DNA of 53,800 nucleotides from Nemertoderma westbladi (GCA_032718475.1 JAUCBJ010005396.1:1-53800); one strand, 5' to 3'; numbered from the stretch's first letter, positions 35,801 to 50,336 are shown. Notes: a model not told the origin generated them from the sequence alone. Made by a program: numbers and translations.

Positions 35801-38800
35801 TGACTGTAATAGCCCTTAGTTTAGCTATCTTTAGTTTACTGTAATAGTCCCTTTAGTTCAGTTATCTTTAGTTGACTGTAATAGTCCCTTAGTTCAGCTA
35901 TCTTTAGTTGACTGTAATAGTAGTCCCTTAGTTCAGCTATCTTTAGTTGACTGTAATAGTCCCTTTAGTTCAGCCATCTTTAGTTGACTGTAATAGTCCC
36001 TTAGTTCAGCTATCTTTAGTTGACTGTAATAGTAGTCCCTTTAGTTCAGCTATCTTTAGTTGACTGTAATAGTCCCTTAGTTTAGCTATCTTTAGTTGAC
36101 TGTAATAGTAGTCCCTTTAGTTCAGCTATCTTTAGTTGACTGTAATAGCCCTTAGTTCAGCTATCTTTAGCTGACTGTAATAGTCCCTTTAGTTCAGATA
36201 TCTTTAGTTGACTGTAATAGTAGTCCCTTTAGTTCAGCTATCTTTAGTTGACTGTAATAGCCCTTAGTTTAGCTATCTTTAGTTTACTGTAATAGTCCCT
36301 TTAGTTCAGTTATCTTTAGTTGACTGTAATAGTCCCTTAGTTCAGCTATCTTTAGTTGACTGTAATAGTAGTCCCTTAGTTCAGCTATCTTTAGTTGACT
36401 GTAATAGTCCCTTTAGTTCAGCTATCTTTAGCTGACTATAATAGTCCCTTTAGTTCAGATATATTTAGTTGACTGTAATAGTAGTCCCTTTAGTTAAGCT
36501 ATCTTTAGTTGACTGTAATAGCCCTTAGTTTAGCTATCTTTAGTTTACTGTAATAGTCCCTTTAGTTCAGTTATCTTTAGTTGACTGTAATAGTCCCTTT
36601 AGTTCAGCCATCTTTAGTTGACTGTAATAGTCCCTTTAGTTCAGCTATCTTTAGTTGACTGTAATAGTCCCTTAGTTTAGCTATCTTTAGTTGACTGTAA
36701 TAGTAGTCCCTTTAGTTCAGCTATCTTTAGTTGACTGTAATAGCCCTTAGTTCAGCTATCTTTAGCTGACTGTAATAGTCCCTTTAGTTCAGATATCTTT
36801 AGTTGACTGTAATAGTAGTCCCTTTAGTTCAGCTATCTTTAGTTGACTGTAATAGCCCTTAGTTTAGCTATCTTTAGTTGACTGTAATAGTCCCTTTAGT
36901 TCAGATATCTTTAGTTGACTGTAATAGTCCCTTTAGTTCAGCCATCTTTAGTTGACTGTAATAGTAGTCCCTTTAGTTCAGATATCTTTAGTTGACTGTA
37001 ATAGTCCCTTAGTTCAGCTATCTTTAGTTGACTGTAATAGTCCCTTAGTTTAGCTATCTTTAGTTGACTGTAATAGTCCCTTAGTTCAGCTATCTTTAGT
37101 TGACTGTAGTAGTCCCTTTAGTTCAGCTATCTTTAGTTTACTGTAATAGTAGTCCCTTTAGTTCAGATATCTTTAGTTGACTGTAATAGTCCCTTAGTTC
37201 AGCTATCTTTAGTTGACTGTAATAGTCCCTTTAGTTCAGCCATCTTTAGTTGACTGTAATAGTAGTCCCTTTAGTTCAGATATCTTTAGTTGACTGTAAT
37301 AGTCCCTTAGTTCAGCTATCTTTAGTTGACTGTAATAGTCCCTTTAGTTCAGCTATCTTTAGTTGACTGTAATAGTCCCTTAGTTTAGCTATCTTTAGTT
37401 GACTGTAATAGTCCATTTAGTTCAGCTATCTTAAGTTGACTGTAATAGTCCCTTTAGTTCAGCGATCTTTAGTTGACTGTAATAGTCCCTTAGTTTAGCT
37501 ATCTTTAGTTGACTGTAATAGTCCCTTTAGTTCAGCTATCTTTAGTTGACTGTAGTAGTCCATTTAGTTCAGCTATCTTTAGTTGACTGTAATAGTCCCT
37601 TAGTTTAGCTATCTTTAGTTGACTGTAATAGTCCCTTTAGTTCAGCTATCTTTAGTTGACTGTAATAGTCCCTTAGTTCAGCTATCTTTAGTTGACTGTA
37701 ATAGTCCCTTTAGTTCATCTATCTTTAGTTGACTGTAATAGTAGTCCCTTTAGTTCAGCTATCTTTAGTTGACTGTAATAGTCCCTTAGTTTAGCTATCT
37801 TTAGTTGACTGTAATAGTAGTCCCTTTAGTTCAGCTATCTTTAGTTGACTGTAATAGCCCTTAGTTCAGCTATCTTTAGCTGACTGTAATAGTCCCTTTA
37901 GTTCAGATATCTTTAGTTGACTGTAATAGTAGTCCCTTTAGTTCAGCTATCTTTAGTTGACTGTAATAGCCCTTAGTTTAGCTATCTTTAGTTTACTGTA
38001 ATAGTCCCTTTAGTTCAGTTATCTTTAGTTGACTGTAATAGTCCCTTAGTTCAGCTATCTTTAGTTGACTGTAATAGTAGTCCCTTAGTTCAGCTATCTT
38101 TAGTTGACTGTAATAGTCCCTTTAGTTCAGCCATCTTTAGTTGACTGTAATAGTCCCTTAGTTCAGCTATCTTTAGTTGACTGTAATAGTAGTCCCTTTA
38201 GTTCAGCTATCTTTAGTTGACTGTAATAGTCCCTTAGTTTAGCTATCTTTAGTTGACTGTAATAGTAGTCCCTTTAGTTCAGCTATCTTTAGTTGACTGT
38301 AATAGCCCTTAGTTCAGCTATCTTTAGCTGACTGTAATAGTCCCTTTAGTTCAGATATCTTTAGTTGACTGTAATAGTAGTCCCTTTAGTTCAGCTATCT
38401 TTAGTTGACTGTAATAGCCCTTAGTTTAGCTATCTTTAGTTTACTGTAATAGTCCCTTTAGTTCAGTTATCTTTAGTTGACTGTAATAGTCCCTTAGTTC
38501 AGCTATCTTTAGTTGACTGTAATAGTAGTCCCTTAGTTCAGCTATCTTTAGTTGACTGTAATAGTCCCTTTAGTTCAGCTATCTTTAGCTGACTATAATA
38601 GTCCCTTTAGTTCAGATATATTTAGTTGACTGTAATAGTAGTCCCTTTAGTTAAGCTATCTTTAGTTGACTGTAATAGCCCTTAGTTTAGCTATCTTTAG
38701 TTTACTGTAATAGTCCCTTTAGTTCAGTTATCTTTAGTTGACTGTAATAGTCCCTTTAGTTCAGCCATCTTTAGTTGACTGTAATAGTCCCTTTAGTTCA

Positions 38801-41800
38801 GCTATCTTTAGTTGACTGTAATAGTCCCTTAGTTTAGCTATCTTTAGTTGACTGTAATAGTAGTCCCTTTAGTTCAGCTATCTTTAGTTGACTGTAATAG
38901 CCCTTAGTTCAGCTATCTTTAGCTGACTGTAATAGTCCCTTTAGTTCAGATATCTTTAGTTGACTGTAATAGTAGTCCCTTTAGTTCAGCTATCTTTAGT
39001 TGACTGTAATAGCCCTTAGTTTAGCTATCTTTAGTTGACTGTAATAGTCCCTTTAGTTCAGATATCTTTAGTTGACTGTAATAGTCCCTTTAGTTCAGCC
39101 ATCTTTAGTTGACTGTAATAGTAGTCCCTTTAGTTCAGATATCTTTAGTTGACTGTAATAGTCCCTTAGTTCAGCTATCTTTAGTTGACTGTAATAGTCC
39201 CTTAGTTTAGCTATCTTTAGTTGACTGTAATAGTCCCTTAGTTCAGCTATCTTTAGTTGACTGTAGTAGTCCCTTTAGTTCAGCTATCTTTAGTTTACTG
39301 TAATAGTAGTCCCTTTAGTTCAGATATCTTTAGTTGACTGTAATAGTCCCTTAGTTCAGCTATCTTTAGTTGACTGTAATAGTCCCTTTAGTTCAGCCAT
39401 CTTTAGTTGACTGTAATAGTAGTCCCTTTAGTTCAGATATCTTTAGTTGACTGTAATAGTCCCTTAGTTCAGCTATCTTTAGTTGACTGTAATAGTCCCT
39501 TTAGTTCAGCTATCTTTAGTTGACTGTAATAGTCCCTTAGTTTAGCTATCTTTAGTTGACTGTAATAGTCCATTTAGTTCAGCTATCTTAAGTTGACTGT
39601 AATAGTCCCTTTAGTTCAGCGATCTTTAGTTGACTGTAATAGTCCCTTAGTTTAGCTATCTTTAGTTGACTGTAATAGTCCCTTTAGTTCAGCTATCTTT
39701 AGTTGACTGTAGTAGTCCATTTAGTTCAGCTATCTTTAGTTGACTGTAATAGTCCCTTAGTTTAGCTATCTTTAGTTGACTGTAATAGTCCCTTTAGTTC
39801 AGCTATCTTTAGTTGACTGTAATAGTCCCTTAGTTCAGCTATCTTTAGTTGACTGTAATAGTCCCTTTAGTTCATCTATCTTTAGTTGACTGTAATAGTA
39901 GTCCCTTTAGTTCAGCTATCTTTAGTTGACTGTAATAGTCCCTTAGTTTAGCTATCTTTAGTTGACTGTAATAGTCCCTTTAGTTCAGCTATCTTTAGTT
40001 GACTGTAATAGTCCCTTAGTTTAGCTATCTTTAGTTGACTGTAATAGTCCATTTAGTTCAGCTATCTTAAGTTGACTGTAATAGTCCCTTTAGTTCAGCG
40101 ATCTTTAGTTGACTGTAATAGTCCCTTAGTTTAGCTATCTTTAGTTGACTGTAATAGTCCCTTTAGTTCAGCTATCTTTAGTTGACTGTAGTAGTCCATT
40201 TAGTTCAGCTATCTTTAGTTGACTGTAATAGTCCCTTAGTTTAGCTATCTTTAGTTGACTGTAATAGTCCCTTTAGTTCAGCTATCTTTAGTTGACTGTA
40301 ATAGTCCCTTAGTTCAGCTATCTTTAGTTGACTGTAATAGTCCCTTTAGTTCATCTATCTTTAGTTGACTGTAATAGTAGTCCCTTTAGTTCAGCTATCT
40401 TTAGTTGACTGTAATAGTCCCTTAGTTTAGCTATCTTTAGTTGACTGTAATAGTAGTCCCTTTAGTTCAGCTATCTTTAGTTGACTGTAATAGCCCTTAG
40501 TTCAGCTATCTTTAGCTGACTGTAATAGTCCCTTTAGTTCAGATATCTTTAGTTGACTGTAATAGTAGTCCCTTTAGTTCAGCTATCTTTAGTTGACTGT
40601 AATAGCCCTTAGTTTAGCTATCTTTAGTTTACTGTAATAGTCCCTTTAGTTCAGTTATCTTTAGTTGACTGTAATAGTCCCTTAGTTCAGCTATCTTTAG
40701 TTGACTGTAATAGTAGTCCCTTAGTTCAGCTATCTTTAGTTGACTGTAATAGTCCCTTTAGTTCAGCCATCTTTAGTTGACTGTAATAGTCCCTTAGTTC
40801 AGCTATCTTTAGTTGACTGTAATAGTAGTCCCTTTAGTTCAGCTATCTTTAGTTGACTGTAATAGTCCCTTAGTTTAGCTATCTTTAGTTGACTGTAATA
40901 GTAGTCCCTTTAGTTCAGCTATCTTTAGTTGACTGTAATAGCCCTTAGTTCAGCTATCTTTAGCTGACTGTAATAGTCCCTTTAGTTCAGATATCTTTAG
41001 TTGACTGTAATAGTAGTCCCTTTAGTTCAGCTATCTTTAGTTGACTGTAATAGCCCTTAGTTTAGCTATCTTTAGTTTACTGTAATAGTCCCTTTAGTTC
41101 AGTTATCTTTAGTTGACTGTAATAGTCCCTTAGTTCAGCTATCTTTAGTTGACTGTAATAGTAGTCCCTTTAGTTCAGCTATCTTTAGTTGACTGTAATA
41201 GTCCCTTTAGTTCAGCTATCTTTAGTTGACTGTAATAGTAGTCCCTTTAGTTCAGCTATCTTTAGTTGACTGTAATAGTAGTCCCTTTAGTTCAGCTATC
41301 TTTAGTTGACTGTAATAGTAGTCCCTTTAGTTCAGCTATCTTTAGTTGACTGTAATAGTCCCTTTAGTTCAGCTATCTTTAGTTGACTGTAATAGTCCCT
41401 TTAGTTCAGCTATCTTTAGCTGACTATAATAGTCCCTTTAGTTCAGATATATTTAGTTGACTGTAATAGTAGTCCCTTTAGTTAAGCTATCTTTAGTTGA
41501 CTGTAATAGCCCTTAGTTTAGCTATCTTTAGTTTACTGTAATAGTCCCTTTAGTTCAGTTATCTTTAGTTGACTGTAATAGTCCCTTTAGTTCAGCCATC
41601 TTTAGTTGACTGTAATAGTCCCTTTAGTTCAGCTATCTTTAGTTGACTGTAATAGTCCCTTAGTTTAGCTATCTTTAGTTGACTGTAATAGTAGTCCCTT
41701 TAGTTCAGCTATCTTTAGTTGACTGTAATAGCCCTTAGTTCAGCTATCTTTAGCTGACTGTAATAGTCCCTTTAGTTCAGATATCTTTAGTTGACTGTAA

Positions 41801-44800
41801 TAGTAGTCCCTTTAGTTCAGCTATCTTTAGTTGACTGTAATAGCCCTTAGTTTAGCTATCTTTAGTTTACTGTAATAGTCCCTTTAGTTCAGTTATCTTT
41901 AGTTGACTGTAATAGTCCCTTTAGTTCAGCCATCTTTAGTTGACTGTAATAGTCCCTTTAGTTCAGCTATCTTTAGTTGACTGTAATAGTCCCTTAGTTC
42001 AGCTATCTTTAGTTGACTGTAATAGTCCCTTTAGTTCATCTATCTTTAGTTGACTGTAATAGTAGTCCCTTTAGTTCAGCTATCTTTAGTTGACTGTAAT
42101 AGTCCCTTAGTTTAGCTATCTTTAGTTGACTGTAATAGTAGTCCCTTTAGTTCAGCTATCTTTAGTTGACTGTAATAGCCCTTAGTTCAGCTATCTTTAG
42201 CTGACTGTAATAGTCCCTTAGTTTAGCTATCTTTAGCTGACTGTAATAGTCCCTTTAGTTCAGATATCTTTAGTTGACTGTAATAGTAGTCCCTTTAGTT
42301 CAGCTATCTTTAGTTGACTGTAATAGCCCTTAGTTTAGCTATCTTTAGTTTACTGTAATAGTCCCTTTAGTTCAGTTATCTTTAGTTGACTGTAATAGTC
42401 CCTTAGTTCAGCTATCTTTAGTTGACTGTAATAGTAGTCCCTTAGTTCAGCTATCTTTAGTTGACTGTAATAGTCCCTTTAGTTCAGCCATCTTTAGTTG
42501 ACTGTAATAGTCCCTTTAGTTCAGCTATCTTTAGTTGACTGTAATAGTCCCTTAGTTTAGCTATCTTTAGTTGACTGTAATAGTCCCTTTAGTTCAGCTA
42601 TCTTTAGTTGACTGTAATAGTCCCTTAGTTTAGCTATCTTTAGTTGACTGTAATAGTCCCTTTAGTTCAGCTATCTTTAGTTGACTGTAATAGTAGTCCC
42701 TTTAGTTCAGCTATCTTTAGTTGACTGTAATAGTCCCTTAGTTTAGCTATCTTTAGTTGACTGTAATAGTCCCTTTAGTTCAGCTATCTTTAGTTGACTG
42801 TAATAGTCCCTTAGTTTAGCTATCTTTAGTTGACTGTAATAGTCCCTTTAGTTCAGCTATCTTTAGTTGACTGTAGTAGTCCCTTTAGTTCAGCTATCTT
42901 TAGTTGACTGTAATAGTCCCTTAGTTTAGCTATCTTTAGTTGACTGTAATAGTCCCTTTAGTTCAGCTATCTTTAGTTGACTGTAATAGTCCCTTAGTTC
43001 AGCTATCTTTAGTTGACTGTAATAGTCCCTTTAGTTCATCTATCTTTAGTTGACTGTAATAGTAGTCCCTTACTTCAGCTATCTTTAGTTGACTGTAATA
43101 GTCCCTTAGTTCAGCTATCTTTAGTTGACTGTAATAGTCCCTTACTTCAGCTATCTTTAGTTGACTGTAATAGTCCATTTAGTTCAGCTATCTTTAGTTG
43201 ACTGTAATAGTCCCTTTAGTTCAGCTATCTTTAGTTGACTGTAATAGTCCCTTACTTCAGCTATCTTTAGTTGACTGTAATAGTCCATTTAGTTCAGCTA
43301 TCTTTAGTTGACTGTAATAGTCCCTTTAGTTCAGCTATCTTTAGTTGACTGTAATAGTCCCTTACTTCAGCTATCTTTAGTTGACTGTAATAGTCCCTTA
43401 GTTCAGCTATCTTTAGTTGACTGTAATAGTCCCTTTAGTTCAGCTATCTTTAGTTGACTGTAATAGTCCCTTTAGTTCAGCTATCTTTAGTTGACTGTAA
43501 TAGTCCCTTAGTTCAGCTATCTTTAGTTTACTGTAATAGTCCCTTTAGTTCAGCTATCTTTAGTTGACTGTAATAGTCCCTTTAGTTCAGCTATCTTTAG
43601 TTGACTGTAATAGTCCCTTAGTTCAGCTATCTTTAGTTGACTGTAATAGTCCCTTTAGTTCAGCTATCTTTAGTTGACTGTAGTAGTCCCTTTAGTTCAG
43701 CTATCTTTAGTTGACTGTAATAGTCCCTTAGTTCAGCTATCTTTAGTTGACTGTAATAGTCCCTTTAGTTCAGCTATCTTTAGTTGACTGTAGTAGTCCC
43801 TTTAGTTCAGCTATCTTTAGTTGACTGTAATAGTCCCTTAGTTTAGCTATCTTTAGTTGACTGTAATAGTCCCTTTAGTTCAGTTGTCTTTAGTTGACTG
43901 TAATAGTCCCTTTAGTTCAGCTATCTTTAGTTGACTGTAATAGTCCCTTTAGTTCAGCTATCTTTAGTTGACTGTAATAGTCCCTTAGTTCAGCTATCTT
44001 TAGTTGACTGTAATAGTCCATTTAGTTCAGCTATCTTTAGTTGACTGTAATAGTCCATTTAGTTCAGCTATCTTTAGTTGACTGTAATAGTCCCTTTAGT
44101 TCAGCTATCTTTAGTTGACTGTAATAGTCCCTTTAGTTCAGCTATCTTTAGTTGACTGTAATAGTCCCTTAGTTCAGCTATCTTTAGTTGACTGTAATAG
44201 TCCCTTTAGTTCAGCTATCTTTAGTTGACTGTAATAGTCCCTTTAGTTCAGCTATCTTTAGTTGACTGTAATAGTCCCTTTAGTTCAGCTATCTTTAGTT
44301 GACTGTAATAGTCCCTTTAGTTCAGCTATCTTTAGTTGACTGTAATAGTCCATTTAGTTCAGCTATCTTTAGTTGACTGTAATAGTCCATTTAGTTCAGC
44401 TATCTTTAGTTGACTGTAATAGTCCCTTTAGTTCAGCTATCTTTAGTTGACTGTAATAGTCCCTTTAGTTCAGCTATCTTTAGTTGACTGTAATAGTCCC
44501 TTTAGTTCAGCTATCTTTAGTTGACTGTAATAGTCCATTTAGTTCAGCTATCTTTAGTTGACTGTAATAGTCCATTTAGTTCAGCTATCTTTAGTTGACT
44601 GTAATAGTCCCTTTAGTTCAGCTATCTTTAGTTGACTGTAATAGTCCCTTTAGTTCAGCTATCTTTAGTTGACTGTAATAGTCCATTTAGTTCAGCTATC
44701 TTTAGTTGACTGTAATAGTCCATTTAGTTCAGCTATCTTTAGTTGACTGTAATAGTCCCTTTAGTTCAGCTATCTTTAGTTGACTGTAATAGTCCCTTTA

Positions 44801-47800
44801 GTTCAGCTATCTTTAGTTGACTGTAATAGTCCCTTTAGTTCAGCTATCTTTAGTTGACTGTAATAGTCCCTTAGTTCAGCTATCTTTAGTTGACTGTAAT
44901 AGTCCCTTTAGTTCAGCTATCTTTAGTTGACTGTAATAGTCCCTTTAGTTCAGCTATCTTTAGTTGACTGTAATAGTCCCTTAGTTCAGCTATCTTTAGT
45001 TGACTGTAATAGTCCCTTAGTTCAGCTATCTTTAGTTGACTGTAATAGTCCCTTTAGTTCAGCTATCTTTAGTTGACTGTAATAGTCCCTTTAGTTCAGC
45101 TATCTTTAGTTGACTGTAATAGTCCATTTAGTTCAGCTATCTTTAGTTGACTGTAATAGTCCATTTAGTTCAGCTATCTTTAGTTGACTGTAATAGTCCC
45201 TTTAGTTCAGCTATCTTTAGTTGACTGTAATAGTCCCTTTAGTTCAGCTATCTTTAGTTGACTGTAATAGTCCCTTTAGTTCAGCTATCTTTAGTTGACT
45301 GTAATAGTCCCTTAGTTCAGCTATCTTTAGTTGACTGTAATAGTCCCTTTAGTTCAGCTATCTTTAGTTGACTGTAGTAGTCCCTTTAGTTCAGCTATCT
45401 TTAGTTGACTGTAATAGTCCCTTAGTTTAGCTATCTTTAGTTGACTGTAATAGTCCCTTTAGTTCAGTTGTCTTTAGTTGACTGTAATAGTCCCTTTAGT
45501 TCAGCTATCTTTAGTTGACTGTAATAGTCCATTTAGTTCAGCTATCTTTAGTTGACTGTAATAGTCCCTTACTTCAGCTATCTTTAGTTGACTGTAATAG
45601 TCCATTTAGTTCAGCTATCTTTAGTTGACTGTAATAGTCCCTTTAGTTCAGCTATCTTTAGTTGACTGTAATAGTCCCTTAGTTCAGCTATCTTTAGTTG
45701 ACTGTAATAGTCCATTTAGTTCAGCTATCTTTAGTTGACTGTAATAGTCCCTTTAGTTCAGCTATCTTTAGTTGACTGTAATAGTCCCTTTAGTTCAGCT
45801 ATCTTTAGTTGACTGTAATAGTCCCTTTAGTTCAGCTATCTTTAGTTGACTGTAATAGTCCCTTAGTTCAGCTATCTTTAGTTGACTGTAATAGTCCCTT
45901 TAGTTCAGCTATCTTTAGTTGACTGTAATAGTCCCTTTAGTTCAGCTATCTTTAGTTGACTGTAATAGTCCCTTAGTTTAGCTATCTTTAGTTGACTGTA
46001 ATAGTCCCTTTAGTTCAGCTGTCTTTAGTTGACTGTAATAGTCCCTTTAGTTCAGCTGTCTTTAGTTGACTGTAATAGTCCCTTTAGTTCAGCTATCTTT
46101 AGTTGACTGTAATAGTCCCTTTAGTTCAGCTATCTTTAGTTGACTGTAATAGTCCCTTTAGTTTCAGCTATCTTTAGTTGACTGTAATAGTCCATTTAGT
46201 TCAGCTATCTTTAGTTGACTGTAATAGTCCCTTTAGTTCAGCTATCTTTAGTTGACTGTAATAGTCCCTTTAGTTCAGCTATCTTTAGTTGACTGTAATA
46301 GTCCATTTAGTTCAGCTATCTTTAGTTGACTGTAATAGTCCCTTTAGTTCAGCTATCTTTAGTTGACTGTAATAGTCCCTTTAGTTCAGCTATCTTTAGT
46401 TGACTGTAATAGTCCCTTAGTTCAGCTATCTTTAGTTGACTGTAATAGTCCCTTTAGTTCAGCTATCTTTAGTTGACTGTAATAGTCCCTTTAGTTCAGC
46501 TGTCTTTAGTTGACTGTAATAGTCCCTTTAGTTCAGCTGTCTTTAGTTGACTGTAATAGTCCATTTATTTCAGCTATCTTTAGTTGACTGTAATAGTCCA
46601 TTTAGTTCAGCTATCTTTAGTTGACTGTAATAGTCCCTTTAGTTCAGCTATCTTTAGTTGACTGTAATAGTCCCTTTAGTTCAGCTATCTTTAGTTGACT
46701 GTAATAGTCCCTTAGTTCAGCTATCTTTAGTTGACTGTAATAGTCCCTTTAGTTCAGCTATCTTTAGTTGACTGTAGTAGTCCCTTTAGTTCAGCTATCT
46801 TTAGTTGACTGTAATAGTCCCTTAGTTCAGCTATCTTTAGTTGACTGTAATAGTCCCTTTAGTTCAGCTATCTTTAGTTGACTGTAATAGTCCATTTAGT
46901 TCAGCTATCTTTAGTTGACTGTAATAGTCCCTTTAGTTCAGCTATCTTTAGTTGACTGTAATAGTCCATTTAGTTCAGCTATCTTTAGTTGACTGTAATA
47001 GTCCCTTTAGTTCAGCTATCTTTAGTTGACTGTAGTAGTCCCTTTAGTTCAGCTATCTTTAGTTGACTGTAATAGTCCCTTAGTTTAGCTATCTTTAGTT
47101 GACTGTAATAGTCCCTTTAGTTCAGCTATCTTTAGTTGACTGTAATAGTCCCTTAGTTCAGCTATCTTTAGTTGACTGTAATAGTCCCTTTAGTTCAGCT
47201 ATCTTTAGTTGACTGTAGTAGTCCCTTTAGTTCAGCTATCTTTAGTTGACTGTAATAGTCCCTTAGTTCAGCTATCTTTAGTTGACTGTAATAGTCCCTT
47301 TAGTTCAGCTATCTTTAGTTGACTGTAGTAGTCCCTTTAGTTCAGCTATCTTTAGTTGACTGTAATAGTCCCTTAGTTTAGCTATCTTTAGTTGACTGTA
47401 ATAGTCCCTTTAGTTCAGTTGTCTTTAGTTGACTGTAATAGTCCCTTTAGTTCAGTTGTCTTTAGTTGACTGTAATAGTCCCTTTAGTTCAGCTATCTTT
47501 AGTTGACTGTAATAGTCCCTTTAGTTCAGCTATCTTTAGTTGACTGTAATAGTCAATTTATTTCAGCTATCTTTAGTTGACTGTAATAGTCCATTTAGTT
47601 CAGCTATCTTTAGTTGACTGTAATAGTCCCTTTAGTTCAGCTATCTTTAGTTGACTGTAATAGTCCCTTTAGTTCAGCTATCTTTAGTTGACTGTAATAG
47701 TCCATTTAGTTCAGCTATCTTTAGTTGACTGTAATAGTCCCTTTAGTTCAGCTATCTTTAGTTGACTGTAATAGTCCCTTTAGTTCAGCTATCTTTAGTT

Positions 47801-48933
47801 GACTGTAATAGTCCCTTAGTTCAGCTATCTTTAGTTGACTGTAATAGTCCCTTTAGTTCAACTATCTTTAGTTGACTGTAATAGTCCCTTTAGTTCAGTT
47901 GTCTTTAGTTGACTGTAATAGTCCCTTTAGTTCAGTTGTCTTTAGTTGACTGTAATAGTCAATTTATTTCAGCTATCTTTAGTTGACTGTAATAGTCCAT
48001 TTAGTTCAGCTATCTTTAGTTGACTGTAATAGTCCCTTTAGTTCAGCTATCTTTAGTTGACTGTAATAGTCCCTTTAGTTCAGCTATCTTTAGTTGACTG
48101 TAATAGTCCCTTAGTTCAGCTATCTTTAGTTGACTGTAATAGTCCCTTTAGTTCAGCTATCTTTAGTTGACTGTAGTAGTCCCTTTAGTTCAGCTATCTT
48201 TAGTTGACTGTAATAGTCCCTTAGTTTAGCTATCTTTAGTTGACTGTAATAGTCCCTTTAGTTCAGCTATCTTTAGTTGACTGTAATAGTCCATTTAGTT
48301 CAGCTATCTTTAGTTGACTGTAATAGTCCCTTTAGTTCAGCTATCTTTAGTTGACTGTAATAGTCCCTTTAGTTCAGCTATCTTTAGTTGACTGTAATAG
48401 TCCCTTAGTTCAGCTATCTTTAGTTGACTGTAATAGTCCCTTTAGTTCAGCTATCTTTAGTTGACTGTAGTAGTCCCTTTAGTTCAGCTATCTTTAGTTG
48501 ACTGTAATAGTCCCTTAGTTTAGCTATCTTTAGTTGACTGTAATAGTCCCTTTAGTTCAGTTGTCTTTAGTTGACTGTAATAGTCCCTTTAGTTCAGTTG
48601 TCTTTAGTTGACTGTAATAGTCAATTTATTTCAGCTATCTTTAGTTGACTGTAATAGTCCATTTAGTTCAGCTATCTTTAGTTGACTGTAATAGTCCCTT
48701 TAGTTCAGCTATCTTTAGTTGACTGTAATAGTCCCTTAGTTCAGCTATCTTTAGTTGACTGTAATAGTCCCTTAGTTTAGCTATCTTTAGTTGACTGTAA
48801 TAGTCCCTTTAGTTCAGCTATCTTTAGTTGACTGTAATAGTCCCTTTAGTTCAGCTATCTTTAGTTGACTGTAATAGTCCCTTAGTTTAGCTATCTTTAG
48901 TTTACAGTAATAGTACCTTAGTTTAGCTATCTT
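26809..48933. repeat. 36/37-bp satellite array, right segment, with higher-order repeats
   Basis: Same unit, resuming in register after the LINE. The last unit (48890-48933) is degenerate. Confidence 0.99.
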
Positions 48934-49600
48934 CGGTTCACAGGGAACTGCGCTGTTGAAACCACACGGAAATAATAACAGCAAACCAGCAAAGTCGAAA
49001 TCCATACTCTAAACATGATTTTTTGCGATAGGATGTATTACTATACCATATTATGCCTATGTTGTTATGGACTAATCCAATTACCTAACATCACAGGGCG
49101 CGGGCGGGACTGTGTGGCGTAGTTAGTATTTTACGACTACTTCCTGACAAATAAAATATTGTCCCGGGTGGGAAAACATATTGTATTAAATACTATTAGC
49201 CATACTGTGTCCATTAAGGGTACCTACATGGTAGCCACTCCCACCGCTCTGGTCATTCAGAACAGGTGGGATAATTTATGGCAACAGTCAGATAACTTCT
49301 GAGTGATTGCAACATGATGAGTGAGTGAGACTCAATTATTTATCGCATTAGTTTTATTGTTCATTAACCAATTGCTTTTCCACTAAATTACGTTTTGTCA
49401 CAACATGACTGGTGTTTTTTTATAATTTGTTTTTATATCTCCAATGTGGTTTGAAAAATGCATAGAGAACGATGTACCATCGAAAAGAAAATGAACTAAA
49501 GTAAATAAAAATGTGAAACGTGAAAAGTAAATAAAAATGGCGCCCCGTAGCGACTGTCTCCGACTGTCGTAAGACTACTCCTTCGTTAATTTACAATTTT

Positions 49601-50336
49601 ATTTTTCGATACCAGTTTTTAGGAAACCAGCATGTTCATTTTCATCATATTTTTCGACCACTTTTTGTATTTCCATTTTTAAAAATCAAAACTTTAAAAA
49701 AAATAAAAAACCATTTTTTATCTAATTTTTCATTAAAAAAATGGGTAAATATTATGAAATGAAGAAAACTGGTCGAAATTTATTGAAGCTTATAAATTAC
49801 CTTTCATATAAATCAAAAATTGCAAAAAACGGTTAAGAAATGGCGAAGGAGTCTTAGTATTTTTCGTGTGAAAAAATGTAATTCAGATATATTTACCCTC
49901 AAAGTTCAAACATTCCCGCGCAAAATTGCCTGTTTGGGATCTGGTTAGTTAATAGTGTCTGACAGGAAGGAAGAACACCACCGAGCTGAAATTATGTTTA
50001 CGGGGTCGCTGATTTCATGGTTTTAATATTTGCTGGAATCTAATCTCTCCGTCGGTCGGTCGGTTGTCTGTCTGTCTGTCTTACATTTTGACAGATAGAT
50101 TTCCAGACAGATACTCCACGATAACTAAACTAAAACTAAAGAGATATATCTCTAAGCGGTTTTCAGATTTGAAATACCATTAAATTCTGCTCTGTATGCC
50201 GTAAAAAATGTTCCATGGGGGGTCCCCCCCCCCCCCCCCCCACCCCTTGAGGGCATCTGTTTTGTGTTAAAAATGGCAAAAATTCAAAATTATTTATCGA
50301 TTCTGAAACACAATTTGACGGCGATTTCGGATACTG
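49601..50336. repeat. ~735-bp dispersed repeat, copy 1, with a (GTCG)/(GTCT) microsatellite and a poly-C tract
   Basis: Near-identical to 52250-52982 from ATTTTTCGATACCAG to TTTCGGATACTG, with scattered substitutions and small indels. Confidence 0.95.

Noticed and set aside
43013-43201. Short ORF inside the satellite (LVDCNSPLVQLS repeats)
   Set aside because: Chance run of 36/39-bp monomers.
13569-48933. CRISPR array (36-37-bp repeats with a small hairpin)
   Set aside because: Units abut with no unique spacers, there are no cas genes, and the context is eukaryotic.
48814-49005. Minus-strand ORF with a hydrophobic start entering the array
   Set aside because: Only 63 codons, mostly satellite-derived, with no other support.
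49096-49150. tRNA or tRNA-derived SINE (A-box-like TGGCGTAGTTAG)
   Set aside because: No B-box and no cloverleaf.
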